Assembly: GCA_963667725.2 (NCBI GenBank)
Contig: CAXXHO010000005.1
Span: 672,001 to 736,000 of the forward strand
Length of the DNA stretch: 64,000 bases
DNA from: Treponemataceae bacterium
GTDB lineage: Bacteria > Spirochaetota > Spirochaetia > Treponematales > Rectinemataceae
Reading direction: 5' to 3'
The translations under genes and the position numbers were made by a program. This document shows positions 55,758-64,000 of this stretch, in pieces. The notes beneath the pieces were generated by a model. That model was not told the origin of the DNA, made no database searches, and saw only the letters and a list, made by a program, of their open reading frames with translations. The number at the start of each line of letters is the position of its first letter. The first letter of the stretch is position 1.

Positions 55758-56775
55758 TAGCCTTATCCCAATTAAAAAAGTTTTTTATGACTTCAACTTC
55801 TCTGTCCATATCTTCTATCGAATAACGTTGATCGCAAATTAAACTCAGTTCTTCATCGTAAATATCTCTATAAGCTCCATGACTTCTAGACAATGGCCAG
55901 TGCACAGGGCAATAAATAAAATTCTTTATGAGATATATTTTTAGAGCATCCCTCAATCCGTTCCTAACTAATATCGGTACGAATAACGGAGTGTCAGTTG
56001 GACCTAGTGTAGCCTTCCATAGCTTTATTCCAGGAATATTCTGGAGCCCACTAATCAGATGATGTGCATTTCTTCGGCGTGCTTCAATAACCGCTTTTAT
56101 ATCCACATCTGCAATCTCTCCAGTATAACCAACGTAGTCATGATTAAGCATATCTTCGGCAGAAGAAAACAGTTTCAGAAATTCTAGTTTATCTGCCTTA
56201 TCACCAGCCATGTATGCGGCTTTCAATCTAGCTGCTTTATCTCGCATTTCGCAATAAGCAGTATTCAAGTTCACAGGCTTAGAAATACAAAAATCTCCTG
56301 TCAACTTTCTGACCTCAGAAAAATTGCAATATTGCCATTTACGGTAACTACAGAAAGCATAGTCGACTTTTATACTAGGGCCATTCAATTTATGAGTCGA
56401 ATCGTAAATTGTAATTTTGCCATTATCGCTTTCTGCCAGCGCAATCTTCGCGTTAAAAGGTTCCTCGTAACCGAAGAAATCAAAAATCAATACTGCATCA
56501 CAATTATTAGTCGGGTAATCAATACTCTCTTCACTAACTTTATAGAAACGAACATCTACACCATTCCGCTCAAACGGTTCAATCATAGACTCACAACAGT
56601 AAGAGGGAAGCATCACTGAGCCAAGTTGTCGCTCTGCCTTAATATCTTTAATAATGAAATCGAGAGCAGTTCTTCCAGATAGAAGATGAGCTAAATTATT
56701 TTTGGTTTTTTCTTTCTTCGTTGTTTTTTTCTGCCAAAACTCGCTACCTATTTCATTAATATTTGATCTATTCAT
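55732..56775 (-). CDS. Divergent DegT-like PLP-fold protein
   Basis: EIGSEF, SGRTAL, LPSYCC, SYRKW, PVHW and CDQRY motifs. Confidence 0.65.
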   Translation of the reverse strand: MNRSNINEIGSEFWQKKTTKKEKTKNNLAHLLSGRTALDFIIKDIKAERQLGSVMLPSYCCESMIEPFERNGVDVRFYKVSEESIDYPTNNCDAVLIFDFFGYEEPFNAKIALAESDNGKITIYDSTHKLNGPSIKVDYAFCSYRKWQYCNFSEVRKLTGDFCISKPVNLNTAYCEMRDKAARLKAAYMAGDKADKLEFLKLFSSAEDMLNHDYVGYTGEIADVDIKAVIEARRRNAHHLISGLQNIPGIKLWKATLGPTDTPLFVPILVRNGLRDALKIYLIKNFIYCPVHWPLSRSHGAYRDIYDEELSLICDQRYSIEDMDREVEVIKNFFNWDKANAINILYN

Positions 56776-57397
56776 GTAATTTTCTATACTTATGAAAATC
56801 TATCTCAATACCTTCGCCACGAACTTGAACATCGCTCCTCTTAACTACTCTTAAAATTGTCATTAAAAATATCTTTACATCAAAAGCAAACGATATTTTT
56901 TGGATATACTCAATATCAAACTTGAATTTATCTTCCCAGCTAAGTTTATTCCTCCCATTTACTTGAGCCCATCCGCTTATACCAGGTTTAACATCATGTC
57001 TTCGAATTTCCTCCTGATTGTAATAAGGTAAATACTTGACTGATAATGGGCGAGGTCCAATGAAACTCATCTGACCGAGTAGAATATTAACTAATTGTGG
57101 TATCTCATCTAAACTGGTTTTTCTCATAATACGTCCTATCCTTAGCATTCTTTCTCTATCAGATAGTTTTTTACCATTAATTACATCAACCTTCTTCATA
57201 GTTCTCAATTTAAATATTGTGAATCTTTTATTCTTATAGCCAATTCTTTCTTGTTTATAGATTGGCGAAGATTCTGGATCTTCCGCCAGTATTAATAATA
57301 AACAAATTACCAATACTGGTAATAATAATATTAATAAGATACCGGCAAACACCCTATCAAAAATGGCTTTTATAAAAATATATTTCATAATATGCAC
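56768..57397 (-). CDS. Bacterial sugar transferase (PglC-like)
   Basis: KLRTM, SLDEIPQ, MSFIGPRP and PGISGWAQVNGRN motifs. Confidence 0.9.
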   Translation of the reverse strand: MHIMKYIFIKAIFDRVFAGILLILLLPVLVICLLLILAEDPESSPIYKQERIGYKNKRFTIFKLRTMKKVDVINGKKLSDRERMLRIGRIMRKTSLDEIPQLVNILLGQMSFIGPRPLSVKYLPYYNQEEIRRHDVKPGISGWAQVNGRNKLSWEDKFKFDIEYIQKISFAFDVKIFLMTILRVVKRSDVQVRGEGIEIDFHKYRKLHE

Positions 57398-57566
57398 TAC
57401 CCATTATTGTATAATTTCTTGTTGTAGCCGATGGCAAATTGCTGGAAATCGCTTGAACTGAACTTTTAAAAGTATCCATGAATTGAGGAATATAAATCTA
57501 ATAAGATAAAATCTAAAAAGCTTTTACTCAACTGGGTTAATTCAGGTGTTGCCAATTGGACAATTT

Positions 57567-58235
57567 CTACAAAGGTTTAATTGTTTTCGTAAATTCTTTT
57601 GCTGGATTACCATATACCTTTTGATCAGACTCTAGATTTTTAATTACATTAGATGCCATCCCAACAAAGTTAAAATCCCCTATTTTTAAATAGTTATTGA
57701 ATGTACTATTAAGTCCGAAAAAATTACCACTCCCTATCTCCGATGAACTACCAATAACATTATGAGCCGCTACAAAATTATAATTACCCAATTTAGTATT
57801 ATGTCCAATAAGTGAATTTGAATGTATAGTACAATGATAACCAATTACTGCGTTAGGGTTGACGACTACATTAGCCATTATCGAAGTACCCTTACAAATC
57901 TTTGCAGATCGTGCAATTGTTGCAGTATGATGAATAAATGTATAAAACTTATTTTCTGGAATATTAAAGCTATTCAACAACTTAATTCTTTCCCTCATTA
58001 AATCAGGGCGATATAACTGATAAATGAACTTAACATCATTATAATCTTTAAATTTCGCGTATGCTTCATATGTTTTACATAATAAAGGGAATCCATTTAT
58101 TGTATCTCCCATCGTTTCGTCATCGAAGGCAAATCCAAGAAACTCGACACTGCCATTTTTAATTTCCATGTCGTAAAGTTGTTCAGCAATTACGACAGCT
58201 GAACCTTTACCACCAATAATTACTACTTTATCCAT
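57567..58235 (-). CDS. NeuD/PglD-like hexapeptide-repeat acyltransferase
   Basis: N-terminal IIGGKG Rossmann-like segment, hexapeptide repeats, C-terminal YGNPAK. Confidence 0.85.
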   Translation of the reverse strand: MDKVVIIGGKGSAVVIAEQLYDMEIKNGSVEFLGFAFDDETMGDTINGFPLLCKTYEAYAKFKDYNDVKFIYQLYRPDLMRERIKLLNSFNIPENKFYTFIHHTATIARSAKICKGTSIMANVVVNPNAVIGYHCTIHSNSLIGHNTKLGNYNFVAAHNVIGSSSEIGSGNFFGLNSTFNNYLKIGDFNFVGMASNVIKNLESDQKVYGNPAKEFTKTIKPL

Positions 58236-58471
58236 ATTAAACCTCCAACCATTAAAATTTATTTAAGCACTTTCAAAAGTCATGCAATGAGAGAATATTT
58301 GTGAAAAACTGGGGCAGAATCTGAACAATGGCGCTGTCTAGACAGACATCAACAGAAGGAGTCCCAACTGATAAAAATATATAAGAAATACTTGGTGGCA
58401 TGCAAAGACTACTTAAACTTAGCTTCAATCTTCAAGCAGGATTCGAAGAATACCTGACTAAAGAGTTACTA

Positions 58472-59721
58472 GTACTGTGTAACAGCTAATAGTTTACAAT
58501 AAATGTTTCCCATGCTATCCTCTAAATGGTGTACCATGAAGAAGGGTAGCAGTATGGCAAAGACCAAGAAAAAGATTGTGTTATCCTCGGAGCAGCGTAC
58601 CACGTTGCTTGCCTTTTTATTTCACGAATCGAAAAGCGTGCGGCTTACCCGAAGAGCTCAAATAATTCTTGCCCTGGATACTTCAACCGGCCATCTACCG
58701 CTTCATGATGAGCAAATTGCTTCGACCTGCCAGGTAAGTAGGCAAACAATACAAGTCGTTAAAGACGCTTTCATGCGCAGCCCTTCTCTTGAATCCTTTC
58801 TTCAGAGAAAGAAAAGGGCAACACCGCCTGTCGCACCAAAGGTTACTGGCGATGTTGAGGCGCACATCATCGCCTTATGCTGCAGTAGTCCTCCTGAAGG
58901 GTATTCGCGTTGGACGGTTCGATTATTGGCCGATAAATGCGTTGAACTCGGCATTATCGATTCCATTTCTCCAATGACGATCAATCGGACATTAAAAAAA
59001 ACGAATTTAAGCCGCACCTGAAGAAATGCTGGTGCATTCCTCCCCAGCACAATGGCCGCTTTGTTGCCGCCATGGAAGATGTCCTAGAGGTATATAGCAG
59101 GCCTTATAACGTTCATCGTCCGGTGGTATGCATGGACGAAAAGCCGATTCAATTAATGGCTGATCGACGCCGCCGCATTTCTATGAAGAAAGGAAAACCA
59201 GAGCGGCAAGATTCCGAATATGCCCGCAAGGGTACCTGCAGTATTTTTCTGTTCACTGAACAATTGAAAGGGTGGCGAGCCGCTGACGCTCATGAACATC
59301 GAACCCGTGTTGACTGGGCAAATCAAATTGAACATCTTCTCACGGTTGATTATCCGGCAGCTGAAAAGATCGTTCTCGTAATGGATAATTTGAATACCCA
59401 TGGGATCTCATCGTTATACGATTCATTCCCACCATGGAAAGCATTCGAACTCTCCCAGCGGCTGGAGATTCACTACACACCAAAACATGGGAGTTGGCTC
59501 AATATTACTGAAATTGAACTTTCTGCCCTTGGTCGGCAGTGCTTGGCAAAAAAAAATATAGATTGTCTCGGTACATTGAATACTGAACGTTTAAGTTGGT
59601 CTGTAAGCCGAAACAAAAATCAACGCGGTGTTGATTGGCAATTCACGACTCACGATGCAAGGACAAAGCTTAAACGACTGTATCCTGTTCTCACTGGAAA
59701 TATTTAGATGTTACAGGGTAC
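58472..59721 (+). mobile_element. IS630-family element with frameshift-split transposase (58503-59021 and up to 59707)
   Basis: TIRs GTACTGTGTAACAGCTAA / GTACCCTGTAACATCTAA flanked by TA; A8 slippery run at 58994-59001; CMDEKP, VMDNLNTH and TPKHGSWLN motifs. Confidence 0.9.
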
Positions 59722-59733
59722 TAGCTTTTTCAT

Positions 59734-60621
59734 CTACTTACTCAAATTCATGATCTTTTCGTGCTTCTCTAGAATCTTCTTTGCATTGGCTACCATGGGC
59801 GGCCCGATAAATTTTCCGTTCATGACAGCAACACCTTTCCCTTCTTTCTGAGCGGTTTCGAAAAGAGCAAGCATCTCATTGGCATCCACTATTTCCTGCT
59901 CGGAAGGGGAAAAATACTGATGCACAAGCGGAAGTTCCTTCGGATGAAGCACGAGCATACCCTCGAAACCGAGGTTTTTTGCCAACCTGATGTTTTTCTC
60001 AAGATCCTCAAGATCGTGCACATTAATATGGACAGTATCGATCGGGACAACATCGTTCGCTTTCGCGGCCATTGCGATCAGCGCCCTGGGAACATAGAGC
60101 GATTGCCCATCATGATCGTGGATTCCTCCGAGATCTGTGATGAAATCTTCACAGCCAAAAGCTATTCCTACAACTCGTCTGGATGCGGCGCAGATATCGC
60201 TTGAATTGATCGCAGCCGCAGCAGTCTCGATAAGTGGTATTATCTTGTAAGTTCCAAGCTCAATTCCTTTTTCATATTCGATTGTCTCAAGAAGTTTGTC
60301 AAAAAAATAGATATCTTGGCCCGTATGGCTCTTTGGGTACATAAAACCGGTAATCCCAGGGATCGCAAGGTCGTAGATGTCCTTCAGGAGTTGTCCGCTT
60401 TCACGGTCGTTGACCCGAGGGAAAATCACCCTCCCGGTAAAAATTCCCTCCTCCACCATTTTCTTAATCAATGCCCTAGCGACCGCTTTATTTGCAGGCG
60501 GTTGAACGGAATCTTCGATGTCCAGCAGCAATACATCGGCATCTGAGCGTGATGCGCTCATCATGAGTTTCTCGTTGTGCCCGGGAACGAACATGAGACT
60601 TCTCATCGGAAATTTAGCCAT
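59734..60621 (-). CDS. CitE/malyl-CoA lyase family (HpcH/HpaI) CoA-ester lyase
   Basis: RSLMFVPG, LDIEDSV, PRVN, LIET, FGCEDF, LGFEG and IGPPM motifs. Confidence 0.88.
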   Translation of the reverse strand: MAKFPMRSLMFVPGHNEKLMMSASRSDADVLLLDIEDSVQPPANKAVARALIKKMVEEGIFTGRVIFPRVNDRESGQLLKDIYDLAIPGITGFMYPKSHTGQDIYFFDKLLETIEYEKGIELGTYKIIPLIETAAAAINSSDICAASRRVVGIAFGCEDFITDLGGIHDHDGQSLYVPRALIAMAAKANDVVPIDTVHINVHDLEDLEKNIRLAKNLGFEGMLVLHPKELPLVHQYFSPSEQEIVDANEMLALFETAQKEGKGVAVMNGKFIGPPMVANAKKILEKHEKIMNLSK

Positions 60622-61099
60622 TGAACTTCTCCTTGCATGCGATCAGTACATGCCTTCTAAAGACAAGCACATCTGCTCCATCCTGGTTCGATGCAATCGT
60701 CTCAACGTAGATTATCCCTCTATCTGGTTTGGTCACCGAAATTCTCTTGTCCAAAATAGTCGTTCTTACATAAATAGTATCATTAACGAATACAGGCGTC
60801 AAATGTTTGACACTTTCATACTCTAGATTGGCTATAGCCTTACCGCTGATATCAGGAACCGTTATGCCGACAGCCAAGCTGAAGACCAAAGTACCTACAA
60901 CAAGTATTCTGCCATGCTGGGACCGGTTCGCAAAATCTGCATTGGTATGAAGTGGGTGGTGGTTCATAGTTAGAAGACAGAAAAGATTGTTGTCGCTTTC
61001 AAAAATTGTTTTTGAAGCCGAATGTTTGATCGTCTCTCCAATAACAAATTCTTCAAAATAATGACCGATGCATGATGCTTCCATGCATTCCTCCTTCAT
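60614..61099 (-). CDS. MaoC-family (R)-enoyl-CoA hydratase
   Basis: GHYFEEF, ESDNNLFCLLTMNHHPLH and PVFVNDTI motifs. Confidence 0.88.
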   Translation of the reverse strand: MKEECMEASCIGHYFEEFVIGETIKHSASKTIFESDNNLFCLLTMNHHPLHTNADFANRSQHGRILVVGTLVFSLAVGITVPDISGKAIANLEYESVKHLTPVFVNDTIYVRTTILDKRISVTKPDRGIIYVETIASNQDGADVLVFRRHVLIACKEKFNG

Positions 61100-61154
61100 A
61101 CTATGATGATATTAGCAATTAAGCTGTGGTGCTTCGCCGTCCAAAACTGAAGTG

Positions 61155-61353
61155 GGGGTTCCTAAAGAACCCTTTTTTCTATCTCCCAGGCAGCGCCTAA
61201 CTGCCTTTTATTCCAAAGAAATGAGTTCCAAACCAGTTCGATTATGGCATCAATAAGCGGCACAAAAAAGGCTTTCGCCTTTCTCCTTGCCACCACCATG
61301 AGATTCATTACAAGGAATACCATCATGATGGAGGTCTCACTCGTCTCTTTCAA
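61155..61353 (-). mobile_element. 3'-end remnant of an IS5-family element, interrupted by IS1634
   Basis: Codes LKETSETSIMMVFLVMNLM like the 29799 transposase; end GGGGTTCCTAAAGAACCC; homology resumes at 63282-63360. Confidence 0.8.
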
Positions 61354-63276
61354 CTGACGTTGTACAGTGTGTGGTATAATACAGTAAGCAATAAAGCAGC
61401 TTAATATATTATACTGACAACAAATAACTAAAAACGGACTATACAAAAAGCATGATGCAAATGCGGTATAAGATATTTATAAATATTCGAAATAAAACTT
61501 TACAGATAAAACACTATGTTGTATAATTAGCGGTATAATGAACGTACGGAAATGTACCCTAAAGAATGCTCAAGGCGGTACCTATACGTACCTTCAACTT
61601 GTGCACAACTACCGCGTCAAGGAAACAGGAAAGACCAAAACCAATGTCCTTATGAAGCTCGGACGGGAAGATCAGATCGAGCCTTCCTACATCCAGGCGA
61701 TCATCAAGGCACTGTCTGCGGTCTTAGGCGAATATCCTTCTGAAGTCCCCGCCGGATTTGACTTCCATTCAAGTCGGGAGCTTGGGGGCACCTGGCTTCT
61801 AGATGCCCTATGGAATCGTCTTGGCATGGCAAAGGCTATCAAAGGGCTTCTTAACGAACGCCAGTTCGCCACACCCGTTGAACGGCTCTGCTTTGCCATG
61901 GTTTCAGGAAGAATACTCGCTCCGGGTTCGAAGCTTTCTCTTGAGCACTGGGTTTCAAAGAAAGCCTTTATTAAAGACCTTAACGAGGTAGACGTTCATA
62001 ATCTTTATAGGGCGATGGATCTTCTTGTGGCGTCGAACGAGGAACTCCAGAAGCAGATATTCACCGAAGTGTCGAAGAATACGCATCTCGACGTGGATCT
62101 CATCTTCCTCGATACGACGAACACCTATTTCGAGACCGATGAAGATGCTTCCAGCTCGGGACTCTTAAAACGTGGCCACAGCAAGGATGGGCACCCCGAG
62201 CTACCCTTGGTTTCGATTGCCTTTGCGGTGACGCGTAGCGGCATTCCCCTTCGCTGTTGGGTATTCCCTGGCAACACGAGCGACCAGACGATCGTCGAGC
62301 AGGTGAAAGCTGATTTAGGGCAGTGGAATCTTGGGCATGTCGTCATGGTTCAAGACGCAGGATTCAACAGTGCCGACAACCGAAGAATCCTTTTACGAGA
62401 ATGCGGTGACTATATTATCGGTGAGAAGCTTCGTGTTGGCACTGATGGCGCTGCTGTAGAAGCCCTGCACCGGAAAGGGCGATTTAGAATCCTAGAGAAC
62501 GGTCTTGCGATAAAGGATGTCGTTCTCGATGCGGGAACGGCAACGGAGCGCCGATTTATCATCGTCAAGAATCCGGAAGCCGAGACGCGCGACCGGGTCA
62601 TACGCGGACAAATTATCGACGCCACGAAACGAAAGCTTGACGAACTGTCACAGTATACGGGGAAAGCGCATACGAAAGCAGCCTGTGCGCTACGATCTCA
62701 TTCTGCCTATGGCAGATACATTAGGCAGGATACGAAGGGTGTCTTGCACCTCGACACCGCCAAGATAGCCTCAGAAGAACTCCTTGACGGCAAGTTCCTT
62801 GTGTCGACGTCCAGTATGAAGCTGGATGCTGCAGACATTGTGGCCGGCTACAAGCAACTGTGGGCTATAGAGCGAGTATTCAAGGATATGAAAAACACCT
62901 TGGATATTCGTCCCGTATACCACCGACTTGATGATCGAATTCGAAGCCATATTCTTATTTGTTGGCTTGCCATGGTACTGGTACGGTATGCAGAGAATAT
63001 AGCGGACCGGTCCTGGTACCAGATTGAAAAAGCGTTGGCTGATGTTACTGCAGGGCTTATTGAGAACGACAATGTAAGCCTCTGGTATTGCTCTGATATT
63101 TCCGACGAGGCGAAGGACATTTTCAAGCGCTTAACTATTGAATTACCAAAGAAAGTTCTTGCTACAGTAGCAAGAGATCCTGTTGCGGTATAAAAGATTT
63201 TCGACTGCAATCGTATAACTCTATTATTTATAGAGTATTAGCAAGATTTTCTATACCGCGCACTGTACAACGCCAG
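61354..63276 (+). mobile_element. IS1634-family insertion sequence; transposase at 61538-63193
   Basis: TIRs CTGACGTTGTACAGTGTGTGGTATA / CTGGCGTTGTACAGTGCGCGGTATA; 5-bp TSD TTCAA; FLDTTNTYFE, GHSKD, DAGF and IERVFKDMK...RPVYHR motifs. Confidence 0.92.
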
Positions 63277-63574
63277 TTCAACTTCGTGCCAATTCGATCG
63301 AGCGTATAACATCGCTTCGCTTCTCCGAATTTGCCCCCAACTGCTATCCTTGTACTTTCATCGTGGCGTTATATTTTTCTCTACTCTCGAAGTATCTTTT
63401 TATTCTTACCTTACCCCAGATACCTAGAGCATGGCCACTTCCAAAGTGGGCATTATAAATGCATTGATCCAGCGAAGTGTCAAGAAAATGCTAGCGCGAT
63501 AAAGTTCTTCGATTGTTTACACAAAAATATTTACAGGCTCGGAAGATGTTCGGCACTTGTTGGAGACCGACTCG

Positions 63575-64000
63575 CTATATCAAGCGCAATTTTCGGTATG
63601 CATCCCATACAGCATCAATGACTTTCCCCGGTTTTACACAATCGCCAACAAACAGTATGTCAGTTTCTTTCGAGTTCAAATAATCAAAACTTAAAGGATT
63701 TGCTTCTAATCCGACACATACAACAATTTTATCCACTTTAAGGCTCCACTTTACCCCATCAGATACTTCACAATTAACAATAGTATTATCAATTGCTACT
63801 ACATTCGTATTCACATGAATCGAAATCTTGTATTTGTTTAGTAACAATAATAAATGCTCTCTATTCGCCCTAAAAGAATCCTTTGCAATTAATGTGTCAC
63901 TCTCTATTAAATACACCTCACCTCCGTTCTGCGCCATATTAATTGCAGCTTCGACTCCAATTAATCCACCACCTATTACTGCGTATTTCCCCTCAAATTG
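63575..64000 (-). CDS. C-terminus of an FAD/NAD(P)-dependent oxidoreductase (NADH:flavin oxidoreductase-like), runs off the right edge
   Basis: VIGGGLIGVEAA...VVCVG...VGDCVKPGKVIDAVWDAY. Confidence 0.8.
   Translation of the reverse strand, partial: QFEGKYAVIGGGLIGVEAAINMAQNGGEVYLIESDTLIAKDSFRANREHLLLLLNKYKISIHVNTNVVAIDNTIVNCEVSDGVKWSLKVDKIVVCVGLEANPLSFDYLNSKETDILFVGDCVKPGKVIDAVWDAYRKLRLI

Noticed and set aside
1..64000. tRNA, rRNA or riboswitch genes
   Set aside because: None recognised by eye; a covariance-model scan would be needed to exclude them.

Overview
Bacterial chromosomal window (gene style suggests a spirochaete; not verified) dominated by a large, mostly minus-strand surface-polysaccharide locus from about 6 to 61 kb. 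It encodes Wzi-like, WecA-like and Wzz-like proteins, a 2474-aa multi-SLBB export protein, rml genes, a GDP-colitose pathway (gmd/colC/colD/manC), an Fdt/Qdt-type amino-sugar pathway, several DegT aminotransferases, Wzx/Wzy-like proteins, glycosyltransferases and acyl-modification genes. The left part is GC-rich. From about 35.5 kb it is mostly AT-rich and carries IS5-, IS630-, IS1016- and IS1634-type elements and remnants. The most striking structure is at 21.6-34.4 kb, where 12 same-orientation copies of a palindrome (AAGTTAA-N5-GGGGTCAGACCCC, often with a complementary right arm) divide the DNA into 11 one- or two-gene cassettes. One cassette is a RAYT (REP-associated HUH tyrosine transposase). 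The others are toxin-antitoxin pairs, AAA+ ATPases, an Xre/ImmA pair, sugar-pathway genes and a duplicated gene fragment. Six genes take their stop codon from the repeat core (GGG GTC TGA) and six more stop within or beside an arm. This resembles an integron-like, REP/RAYT-associated gene-cassette array; the mechanism is inferred, not shown. A second, unrelated repeat family (GACAGGATAACAGGAT...) also marks the ATPase genes.
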